Made by a program: the position numbers and the translations under genes. A stretch of 62,092 nucleotides of DNA, counting the filler. It is 7 parts of 7 records of this genome, joined end to end, with 100 filler letters (N's around TTAATTAATTAA, not from the genome) between each part and the next. Parts side by side here need not be neighbours in the genome. Positions count along the whole stretch, not along the records: positions 48,630 to 55,732 come from SRR31156797_31861; positions 55,833 to 62,092 come from SRR31156797_31889; 5 more parts are not named here. One strand, given 5' to 3'. Position 1 is the stretch's first letter, and each line of letters starts with the position of its first letter. This document shows positions 52,325 to 61,108 of the stretch, piece after piece. The notes below the pieces were generated by a model. It searched no databases. It had not been told where the DNA came from and saw only the letters and a program-made list of their open reading frames with translations.

Positions 52325-54532
52325 CTATTCATCTTTCTCACGATGCCACGGACCTTTTTCGTCTTTATGGCCTTTCGTAAATATTTCGTGCTGACACCCC
52401 TCGATAAACTTCTCGAGAGGATACGTCCCGATGACCCGGCCGTTGCAGTCATTGATATTGACGGTGCCTTCGGCCGATTCCTGTTCACCAACGACCAGGA
52501 TGTACGGGACTTTCTGCTGACGATACTTGTGTTTCTTCGGACCGATCTTGTCGCTGCTGTTGTCGATCTGGGCACGCAGGCCAACCTGGGCCAGCTTCAG
52601 GAAGACCTGTTCGGCGTACTCGCGGCTCTTGTCGCTGATCGTCACAACCGCGACCTGCAGAGGCGCGAGCCAGAGCGGGAACGCACCGGCAAAGTGCTCA
52701 ATCAGGATGCCGATGAATCGCTCCATGCTGCCGAACGGTGCACGGTGAATCATAATCGGCCGGTGAGACTGGTTGTCGGCTCCGACGTACGTCAGGTCGA
52801 ACCGCTCCGGAAGATTGTAGTCCACCTGGACGGTACCAAGTTGCCATTCACGACCGATCGCATCCTTGACAACAAAATCGATCTTCGGTCCATAGAATGC
52901 AGCTTCACCTATTTCTTCTGTCGCCTCGAGTCCGGCAGCTTTCACGGCCTTGCGGATGTGCTCTTCCGCCATGTTCCAGTGCTCTTCATCGCCGACATAC
53001 TTGTCGGAATCCGGATCACGAAGACCAATGCGGACACGGAAGTCTTTCAGATCGACGGCTCGAAGTACGCCAAGCGTAAGGTCGATCGTGTTCATGATCT
53101 CTTCAGGCAGCTGCTCTGGCGTGCAGAACAGGTGAGCATCATCCTGGGTGAAACCGCGCACGCGGACCATTCCGCTCAGTTCACCACTCTGCTCGTTCCG
53201 GTACACGGTTCCGAACTCGAAATACCGCAGCGGCAGATCGCGATAACTACGCGGATTTGCCTTGTATATGTGCAGGTGGTGCGGGCAGTTCATCGGCTTG
53301 AGAAGATAACCTTCCTCGGATGCCAGTTCCGCATCGAGGATTTCGATCATCTTTTCCGGTGATTCCGCATCGGAAAGTCCCGGGATCGTGCCCCAGGTCT
53401 CCTGTGCTGCAGCGGCAAGCTTCTTCGCATGCGAGATCATCTTGTCGCGTTCAGTGTCCGAATGGTTGACGGCACGCTCCACCAACTGCATCAGGCTCAG
53501 CAGGGTACGACCGCGATCCGTCTCGTACAGCGGAGGAAACTGCGAATCCCGGTAATAGGGATAGTGCCCACTCGTGCGGTAAAGATCGAGCCGGCCGATG
53601 TTCGGTGCATATACAGGCAGGTACCCGCGAGCGACCATTTCTGCCTTCAGGAACCCTTCAAGTGCCATGCGGACAATCGAGCCCTTCGGATGCCAGAGCA
53701 CAAGACCGCTGCCGACCTCGGGACTGATGCTGAACAGGTCCAGCTCCTTACCGATGACGCGGTGGTCGCGTTTTTTCGCTTCTTCGAGTTGCTGCATGTA
53801 TGTCTTCAGGGCTTTCGCTTTGAAGAAAGCGGTACCATAGACTCGCTGAAGCTGCTTTTCGTTCACATCGCCGCGGTAGTACGACCCGCTGACCTGTTTG
53901 ATCGCGAACGCACCGATCTTGCCGGTCGAGGGCAGATGCGGTCCGCGGCACAGGTCTTCGAACGTCCCGTTTCCGGGCTCACCGGTATAGTAGAAGGAGA
54001 TCGTATCGCCTTCTGCCCGTTCAGCATTCTCGACTTTGTATCGATTGTCTTCTTCCTGGAGCTTCTTCATCGCTTCATCGCGACTCATGTCACAGCGGGT
54101 GAAGGAGCGATTCTCCTTGACGATGGCTTTCATCTTTTCTTCGATGGTCACGAAATCGTCCGGGGAGAGCCTGTGTTTCAGGTCGATATCGTAGTAAAAG
54201 CCGTCTTCCAGCGACGGACCATAGACGAGCTTTGCATCCGGGTAAATCGAGCAGATTGCTTCGGCCATCACGTGAGCGGTACTGTGCCGCAGGACATGAA
54301 GGCTTTCGCGGTTTTCGTCGTCTGCAGTGAGGATCCAGAGCTGGCAGTCGCCGGGCAGCGGTGTGTTGGCATCGAGAATCAGTGTGTCGCCATTGACACA
54401 GACCTTTCCTGCTATCGTGGCTTTCGCCAGACGTGAGCCGATCTTTTCCGCCACATCAAGGGTGGAGGAACCGTTGTCCATTTCCAGGACATTGCCATCA
54501 GGAAGGGTTACGTTCAGGATGCACCTCCGCAT
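52325..54532 (-). CDS. thrS: Threonyl-tRNA synthetase
   Basis: LRHSTAH, DLCRGPH, KPMNCP, RGFTQDDAH, FYGPKID and HRAPFGS motifs. Start is ATG 54532 or CTG 54517. Confidence 0.99.
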   Translation of the reverse strand: MRRCILNVTLPDGNVLEMDNGSSTLDVAEKIGSRLAKATIAGKVCVNGDTLILDANTPLPGDCQLWILTADDENRESLHVLRHSTAHVMAEAICSIYPDAKLVYGPSLEDGFYYDIDLKHRLSPDDFVTIEEKMKAIVKENRSFTRCDMSRDEAMKKLQEEDNRYKVENAERAEGDTISFYYTGEPGNGTFEDLCRGPHLPSTGKIGAFAIKQVSGSYYRGDVNEKQLQRVYGTAFFKAKALKTYMQQLEEAKKRDHRVIGKELDLFSISPEVGSGLVLWHPKGSIVRMALEGFLKAEMVARGYLPVYAPNIGRLDLYRTSGHYPYYRDSQFPPLYETDRGRTLLSLMQLVERAVNHSDTERDKMISHAKKLAAAAQETWGTIPGLSDAESPEKMIEILDAELASEEGYLLKPMNCPHHLHIYKANPRSYRDLPLRYFEFGTVYRNEQSGELSGMVRVRGFTQDDAHLFCTPEQLPEEIMNTIDLTLGVLRAVDLKDFRVRIGLRDPDSDKYVGDEEHWNMAEEHIRKAVKAAGLEATEEIGEAAFYGPKIDFVVKDAIGREWQLGTVQVDYNLPERFDLTYVGADNQSHRPIMIHRAPFGSMERFIGILIEHFAGAFPLWLAPLQVAVVTISDKSREYAEQVFLKLAQVGLRAQIDNSSDKIGPKKHKYRQQKVPYILVVGEQESAEGTVNINDCNGRVIGTYPLEKFIEGCQHEIFTKGHKDEKGPWHREKDE

Positions 54533-54996
54533 CAGTGTTCAGGCTGGAACCGTCCAGCCATGCTATTTTCAATCCGGGCATACAAAAACGACACGAAACC
54601 TCACGCTCAGCTGACGCGGGAATAGCAGACAGACCTTTCTGTCATCCTTTCCCGGATTAGCATGTTGTGCGTGTCATGGTGTTCGAGCCGTCTCATCTGC
54701 CCATATGGGCGTAAACAATGTCGATTATGTTAAATTCATGGAAGGGTGCGATTTGAGGCACCTCAGCCAGTAATTTACTATACCGTATCGGATCGTCTGG
54801 TCAAGAATCTGAACCATTTTGAACCCTGAAAACACGGATTCTTAAACCTGTGAAATTTTTGAAACACTTCATCTTTGCCAGCTCCTCCAGGGAATTGATC
54901 AAAGGTTTTTTGGTTTTTCGTACAAATAAAGTGGGTTTCTGACTTTTCAAGACAGAAACCCACGATGTGTCTTCGAGATTCCGGGAAGTCAGCAGG

Positions 54997-55732
54997 CTAT
55001 TTCATCCCTAATTGATCCATGAAGAAGGCCCAGACGTCGGCGGTTTCTTCGATCCGCTTGGTCAGAGGCTTTCCAGCTCCGTGACCCGCCTTGGATTCGA
55101 CGCGGAGAAAGATCGGATTGTCGCCGCCGTTGGCCCACTGGAGCATCGCCGCCATTTTGAAGGCGTGCATGGGCTGCACCCGACTGTCCGAAGCTCCGGT
55201 CTTCAGCATGGTGGCGGGGTACTTAACTCCTTTTTCTACATGATGATAAGGGGAATACGCATAGAGCCAGCCGAACTGCTCCTCGTTCTCAGGATCACCA
55301 TATTCGGGGATCCAGAGGCGGGCGATTGCAAAGCCCGTGTAGCGGACCATATCCAGCAGGGGGACTGCACATACGACTGCCTTGTAGAGCTCCGGTCGCT
55401 GGACCTGGCATGCTCCGACGAGCAGACCGCCGTTGCTGCCTCCGTAGATACCCAGATGGTCCGGACTGGTGTATCCCTTTTTGATCAGGGTTTCGGATGC
55501 CGCGATGAAGTCATCAAAGGTGTTCTGTTTTACTGCACGTCTGCCCGCTTCGTGCCAGGCTTTGCCGAACTCGCCACCACCGCGGAGGTTCGCGACGACA
55601 TAAACCCCGCCACCGTTAAGCCAGGGCAGGATCGACGTGCTGAAGCGAGGTTCTTCGTTGATGTTAAATCCGCCGTATCCGTACAGGACAGTCGGGTTGG
55701 TTCCATCAAGTTTGATGTCCTTGCGGTGGACG
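54997..55732 (-). CDS. Prolyl oligopeptidase (S9A), C-terminal part
   Basis: YGYGGF, NLRGGGEFG, GGSNGG, DSRV and AGHG; frame open to the spacer. Confidence 0.95.
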
Positions 55733-55832
55733 NNNNNNNNNNNNNNNNNNNNNNNNNNNNNNNNNNNNNNNNNNNNTTAATTAATTAANNNNNNNNNNNN
55801 NNNNNNNNNNNNNNNNNNNNNNNNNNNNNNNN
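55733..55832. other. Artificial contig spacer
   Basis: N-run with TTAATTAATTAA. Confidence 0.98.
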
Positions 55833-55892
55833 TGGGGGAACGATTGATAAAATACTTAATCGATAGCAGGCATAAAAATTAGTACAACAATT

Positions 55893-57131
55893 ATGAAATT
55901 AGAAGAAATTATTCAAAACCTAAAAGACACTCAAAATAAGAGTGACGCACCAACTGAATATGAATTAGTTTTAGCTGAAGCTTTTAAATTTTTAGGTTAT
56001 CAGGCTAAGACTATAGGTGGAAAGGGAGATACTGATGTGCTACTCACTGCAAATATTGGAAAAGAAAGCTACAAAGTAGATGTTGATGGCAAAACAAGCA
56101 AAAATGACAAAATAAGTGATGCACAAATCAATTGGCTATCTCTTAAAGACCATAAAGAAAAAAATAATTCAAATTTTGTAGTTGTTGCTGGACCAGGTTT
56201 TGCAGGGGGAAATCTTGAAAAAAGAGCACAAGAGTATAATGTTAGTTTATTGACAACAGATGAGTTGATTAAGATTTTAGAAGCTCATTCAAAATATCCA
56301 TTTACTCTGTTAGAGCTAAAAGATTTATTTGCGGAAGCTGGCTATTTAAATGAGCAAGTAGAAGACTTGTTAAGTCAAAACCACGTCAGACGCAGTTTCT
56401 TAGAAAAATTTAAAACTATTATTGAAGAGATTGAAAAGCTTCAAAACACTCGACTTGGATATTTTACATTTGAAAGCTTAGCAGGTAGAGAAAAAATTCA
56501 AGAACTTGAAATAGAACTGGAAGATATTGAAAATATTATTCAACTTCTTAAGATACCATTTATTAATGCAATATCTGAAATTGATAAAAACAAATTTGTT
56601 TTCACTTTAGAAAAAAAAGACTTATCAAATACATTTTTTCAGATATCACAGTTAATTAGTATCAAGCCTGTAACAGCAACAGTTAAAACAGAAATTGCAG
56701 AGCAAACAGAAGTACAAACAGAGACTACCACGACAGATGAACCTGAAGAAAGAACATTAGGAACAAAGTATTATAAATGGCAAATACGTGGAAACTCTCT
56801 TTTTGCCACAGCTAGAGAAGAAAACCCCTACGAACATAGTTGTCCCATCGACCATTTTAAGACAATTATATCTAAAATCATTGAAGCTTTTCAGGAGCAA
56901 AACGTAATTAATAATGATACCATTTTTCAGAAGTTAGAAAATCAAGAATTATCTCTTAATCGTGTTTTTAAAGGAAAAGCGGAAGAATATAAAATTAGAA
57001 TGATTTTAGGAGTTCTTGAACTAGAAGGATACACAAAATGGACAGGCTCATTGAGACCTTTAGAATATACGCTTGATAAACCATTAGATGAATTAATTAA
57101 ATGGAGCAAAGAAACAGGGATTAGAAAATAA
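55893..57131 (+). CDS. PD-(D/E)XK restriction endonuclease-like protein (Mrr-like N-terminal domain)
   Basis: EYE...AFKFLGY...GGKGDTDV...VDGKT; AT-rich. Confidence 0.7.
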   Translation: MKLEEIIQNLKDTQNKSDAPTEYELVLAEAFKFLGYQAKTIGGKGDTDVLLTANIGKESYKVDVDGKTSKNDKISDAQINWLSLKDHKEKNNSNFVVVAGPGFAGGNLEKRAQEYNVSLLTTDELIKILEAHSKYPFTLLELKDLFAEAGYLNEQVEDLLSQNHVRRSFLEKFKTIIEEIEKLQNTRLGYFTFESLAGREKIQELEIELEDIENIIQLLKIPFINAISEIDKNKFVFTLEKKDLSNTFFQISQLISIKPVTATVKTEIAEQTEVQTETTTTDEPEERTLGTKYYKWQIRGNSLFATAREENPYEHSCPIDHFKTIISKIIEAFQEQNVINNDTIFQKLENQELSLNRVFKGKAEEYKIRMILGVLELEGYTKWTGSLRPLEYTLDKPLDELIKWSKETGIRK

Positions 57132-57135
57132 ATAC

Positions 57136-57271
57136 GCCTGCTATTAAAAGCTATACTCAATAAGGGTTTTAGTGCTTTATTGAAAGGAAAATCAAGAAAT
57201 GAAAATTAGTAATAAATTGAAACGGAATTGCTACGAAATCCCTTACTGGGCATAGCCAAACCGTTGGCAGC
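57136..57271. repeat. attC-like long imperfect inverted repeat 1
   Basis: GCTATACTCAATAAGGGTTT pairs with AAATCCCTTACTGGGCATAGC; ends AACCGTTGGCAG. Confidence 0.65.
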
Positions 57272-57295
57272 AAGCAATACTAACATACACAACAG

Positions 57296-57601
57296 ATGGA
57301 CACTGATGATTTATCAAGAGAATCTTACGAAGGAATTCTTATCGAGGCAGAGAAATTGTCACACGATTTGACTATACATTTTGGAGTTTTATCGGGTGAT
57401 TGTAAAAATGAGACCGAATACCTTGATAAAGCTGAAAAATTGACTATAGAAATCATGCACGCAGAGGATTGGGAGATTGACGATTTATTTTGGGGCAATC
57501 CTCCCGAAAAAGAGAAATTGGAATTAACTTGTAAAAAAATACTAGAAAATATTCAGCAAGTAAAATCGATTCCGATTGAAAAACGTAAATTTGATTTTTA
57601 A
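57296..57601 (+). CDS. Hypothetical acidic protein (101 aa)
   Basis: Starts about 25 bp after the attC-like element. Confidence 0.75.
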   Translation: MDTDDLSRESYEGILIEAEKLSHDLTIHFGVLSGDCKNETEYLDKAEKLTIEIMHAEDWEIDDLFWGNPPEKEKLELTCKKILENIQQVKSIPIEKRKFDF

Positions 57602-57617
57602 TCATCAAAAAGACTTT

Positions 57618-58190
57618 ATGATTATATATTTAGTAGGTATAAGCTGTATTGGAAAAACGACAATTGGAAAAATGTTAGCAGATAAGATGGGTTATTCTTT
57701 CTTTGACCTGGATGAGGAAATACAGGATTACTATAAAAAACCAATTGAACGAATTCAGGATGAATGTTTAACAATGAACGGATATAGAGAAAAAGCCAGC
57801 ATTGTTTTAGATAAGCTATTTTCAAAAAATATTAATTCCATAATTTCCGGAACGCCATCTGGATTGAAGTTTTCATATCTTCAAGTGTATAAACGACACA
57901 AGGACAAAGAATTAATTTCTATTTATTTAAATGATTCATTTGAGAACGTATTGGACAGGTTAACTTTTTTTGACAAGGACTCTAATCCTATAATGGAAAG
58001 ACTGGATGAATCGAAGAAAAAGAGATATTTAAAAGAGATTCGAGCTGATTATAATTTTTTTAAGGATTCATACAAACGAGCAGATTTTCAGATAAATATA
58101 GAAAATGTGAGTTTAAATAATATCCCTGAATTGATTATAAAAACCATAGGAATGAATGAACGAATGCCAGTTGACAATACGCGGTCATAA
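57618..58190 (+). CDS. Shikimate kinase-like P-loop protein
   Basis: IYLVGISCIGKTTIG and FFDLD; lacks the canonical AroK GGG motif. Confidence 0.8.
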   Translation: MIIYLVGISCIGKTTIGKMLADKMGYSFFDLDEEIQDYYKKPIERIQDECLTMNGYREKASIVLDKLFSKNINSIISGTPSGLKFSYLQVYKRHKDKELISIYLNDSFENVLDRLTFFDKDSNPIMERLDESKKKRYLKEIRADYNFFKDSYKRADFQINIENVSLNNIPELIIKTIGMNERMPVDNTRS

Positions 58191-58304
58191 TTCATTGCAC
58201 GGATAGTACTATATTTAAAGGAAATAATATTTAATCAACGGCTTAATGAGTTGATAAGCTAGTGCTTCGGAGTGCGCAACGATTTTATGCCAACAACCGT
58301 TGTC
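58173..58304. repeat. attC-like long imperfect inverted repeat 2
   Basis: GACAA...CATAATTCATTGC pairs with GCAACGATTTTATG...AACCGTTGTC. Confidence 0.6.
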
Positions 58305-58426
58305 TCAAAATTTTACCCCCCCTTCAACCATCCCTTATTTTGACTAAAACTAAATTCCTTTTCATTAGATGATTATGTGGAGGATTTCGTTTATTATTGA
58401 TGTCTGAATCAACTACTTTAATCGAT

Positions 58427-59647
58427 ATGAATATGAAAACCACGTTACTAACTTTAATTACATTTTTATTGTTGTCAACCGCATGGTCGCAGGAAGCCGA
58501 ACAATGGCGCGGGCCAGACCGCGATGGCATTTATCCGGAATCCAATTTACTCAAAGAATGGCCTGAGGAAGGCCCTGAACTGTTGTGGCATTTTGATGAG
58601 CTGGGCGACGGGTATTCCTCCGTTGCCATTACCAAAAATGCAATCTATACATCCGGCGCCGATGGCGATATGGGTTTTGTGATTGCACTGGACCACCAGG
58701 GCAACCTGCTTTGGAAATCACCCTACGGCGAAGAATGGACCGAAAGCTATCCGGGATCAAGGTCAACCCCGCTTTACTATGACGACAAGCTTTACATGAT
58801 GAGTGGCATGGGTAAAATTTTCTGCATGAATCCTGCCGATGGAAAGATGATCTGGGAAGTTGACCTCTTTGAAGAATACGGCGGAATTAACATCAAATGG
58901 GGCGTTACAGAAAATCTGGCCTTCCTCGACAACATGATTTATTGTGCTCCCGGAGGAAAAAAACACAATGTGATTGCTTTGGATAAAAACACAGGAGAAC
59001 TGATCTGGTCGAGCGAAGGTGAGGGAGAAACTTCTGCTTACTGCTCACCTAATGTAGTTAATCACAACGGACTTGAAATGCTCGTTACCCAAACGGCATC
59101 CTCCATCATGGGTTTCAATGCCCGCACGGGCGAACACCTGTGGAGCCATGACCAACCCAACCGCTGGTCGGTGCATGCCAACACACCCTATTACCGCGAT
59201 GGAAGGATTTATTGCGTGAGTGGCTACGGAAAAGGTGGTGTTGTGGTTGAACTGTCTGAAGACGGAAAAAGTGTATCCGAACTCTGGCGTGAAACCAACA
59301 TCGACGGCCGCATGGGCAGCTTTATCGTTTACGGTGATTACATTTACGGGCCTGCAGACCAGGGCTTAAAATGGTACGGCCTGAAATGGGAGACCGGCGA
59401 AACTGTTTACGGTGAAAACATGATCAAAAAAGGGAATATCACCATGGCTGACGGTATGCTCTACCTTTACGGTGAAGACGGGAAAGTAGTTCTTGCTGAA
59501 CCCAAAGACGGACAGTACATCGAAAAAGGTGAATTCAGGGTTCCTTACGGAAGCGACCAGCACTGGGCATTCCCGGTATTTAAAAACGGCAAAATGTATC
59601 TCCGCCACGGTAATTCACTCATGGTTTACAATGTTTCCGCCGAATAG
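58427..59647 (+). CDS. Secreted PQQ-like (BamB-type) beta-propeller protein
   Basis: Signal peptide; QWRGPDRDG; repeated ALD..TG...W blades. Confidence 0.9.
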   Translation: MNMKTTLLTLITFLLLSTAWSQEAEQWRGPDRDGIYPESNLLKEWPEEGPELLWHFDELGDGYSSVAITKNAIYTSGADGDMGFVIALDHQGNLLWKSPYGEEWTESYPGSRSTPLYYDDKLYMMSGMGKIFCMNPADGKMIWEVDLFEEYGGINIKWGVTENLAFLDNMIYCAPGGKKHNVIALDKNTGELIWSSEGEGETSAYCSPNVVNHNGLEMLVTQTASSIMGFNARTGEHLWSHDQPNRWSVHANTPYYRDGRIYCVSGYGKGGVVVELSEDGKSVSELWRETNIDGRMGSFIVYGDYIYGPADQGLKWYGLKWETGETVYGENMIKKGNITMADGMLYLYGEDGKVVLAEPKDGQYIEKGEFRVPYGSDQHWAFPVFKNGKMYLRHGNSLMVYNVSAE

Positions 59648-59680
59648 CAAATCCATTTTTATCATCCAATCACCTTTCTG

Positions 59681-61108
59681 ATGCTCATCGCAAAACTTGA
59701 AAAGATCATGCTTCCAGTGCTGATCCTTACCGGGATATCGGCCATGATCTTTTGGTTTGTGCATGATCCGGTCAGGGATTTTTCCATCAGCATGCCGGGG
59801 ATGGACAACCGCCCGGTAAAGGATGCTTCCACTGCTGAGGTGGTGAACATTGGTGAAAAATTTACCTTTTACAACGATTTCCAATCTGATTTAACCGGCA
59901 AGTGGCCTCGCTTCCGGGGAGCAGATTTCGACAACATCAACAAAGAAAACATCCCGCTCCTCGACAACTGGAAAAGCCAGGAACCACAAATCCTGTGGGA
60001 AGCCGAACTCGGCGAGGGCCATGCCGCACCGGTAATTTACGATGGCAGGGTTTATATCCTGGATTACGATGAAACCAAAAAAGCCGATGCCCTGAAGTGT
60101 TTTGCCCTTGAATCCGGCGAACCACTTTGGAAGCGCTGGTATAACGTACATACAAAACGAAACCACGGCATGTCGCGTACTGTTCCGGCAGTAAACGAAA
60201 AATATGTGGTGACTATCGGGCCGCAGGGTCAGGTAATGTGCACCGATCGCATTACCGGTGATTTTATCTGGGGGTTGGATATGGTGAAGGAATACGGTTC
60301 TGAAATTCCATTCTGGTACACCGGCCAGTGCCCGCTGATTGACAACAACGTTGCAATTCTTGCTCCGGGAGGCTCATCGTTATTAATTGGTGTTGATTGT
60401 GAAAGCGGCAAAGTTATATGGGAAACGCCCAACCCGGGAACCTGGCAAATGTCGCACTCCAGCATTATGCCCATGGAGTTTGCAGGTAAAAAGATGTATG
60501 TGTATGCAGCAATTGGTGGAATCTGCGGCGTTTCAGCCGATCCCGGCGATACCGGTAAATTGCTTTGGACCACCAATGAATTTGCCCCTTCCGTGGTTGC
60601 TCCATCACCCATGCAACTGGATAGCGACAAATTGTTTATGACCGCGGGATATGGTGCAGGAGGTGCCATGTTTCAGCTATTTGAAAACGGGGATGAAATG
60701 GGCATAGAACTTTTATACAAATACAAACCCAAAAACGGACTGGCCAGCGAGCAACAAACCCCCGTACTTATCGACGGCCTGATTTACGGAATCCTGCCAA
60801 AAGACGCCGGAAATGCGCGCAACCGCTTTGTTTGCTGCAACCCGGAGAATGTTCAGGAATACCTCTGGACAAGCAATAAATCAGAACGCTTTGGGCTGGG
60901 GCCTTATATTTATGCCGACGGAAAATTCTACATTGTGGATGATGATGGAACATTATTGATTGCTTCGGCCGATAAAAATGGATTTGAAATTTTGGATCAG
61001 CGGCGCATCATCGAAGGCCAGGATGCCTGGGGGCCTATCGCCATTGCAGATGGCTACCTGCTGATGCGCGATTCCAAAAAAATGGTGTGCTTAAACATGA
61101 GAAAATGA
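59681..61108 (+). CDS. Membrane-anchored PQQ-like beta-propeller protein
   Basis: N-terminal TM; WPRFRG; G..LW blades; WGPIAIADG. Confidence 0.9.
   Translation: MLIAKLEKIMLPVLILTGISAMIFWFVHDPVRDFSISMPGMDNRPVKDASTAEVVNIGEKFTFYNDFQSDLTGKWPRFRGADFDNINKENIPLLDNWKSQEPQILWEAELGEGHAAPVIYDGRVYILDYDETKKADALKCFALESGEPLWKRWYNVHTKRNHGMSRTVPAVNEKYVVTIGPQGQVMCTDRITGDFIWGLDMVKEYGSEIPFWYTGQCPLIDNNVAILAPGGSSLLIGVDCESGKVIWETPNPGTWQMSHSSIMPMEFAGKKMYVYAAIGGICGVSADPGDTGKLLWTTNEFAPSVVAPSPMQLDSDKLFMTAGYGAGGAMFQLFENGDEMGIELLYKYKPKNGLASEQQTPVLIDGLIYGILPKDAGNARNRFVCCNPENVQEYLWTSNKSERFGLGPYIYADGKFYIVDDDGTLLIASADKNGFEILDQRRIIEGQDAWGPIAIADGYLLMRDSKKMVCLNMRK

Noticed and set aside
52343-54436. Long plus-strand ORFs antisense to thrS
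   Set aside because: Expected antisense open frames from codon bias.
54533-54720. T-box riboswitch upstream of thrS
   Set aside because: No T-box consensus or terminator/antiterminator seen.
13722-55832. Six recurring TTAATTAATTAA motifs within N-runs, and apparent gene neighbourhoods across them
   Set aside because: They are artificial linkers. Genes on different contigs come from different organisms and cannot be treated as one system.
57136-58304. CRISPR array or plain terminators as explanation for the inverted repeats
   Set aside because: No identical direct repeats with spacers; the stems are long and AT-looped with no U-tract.
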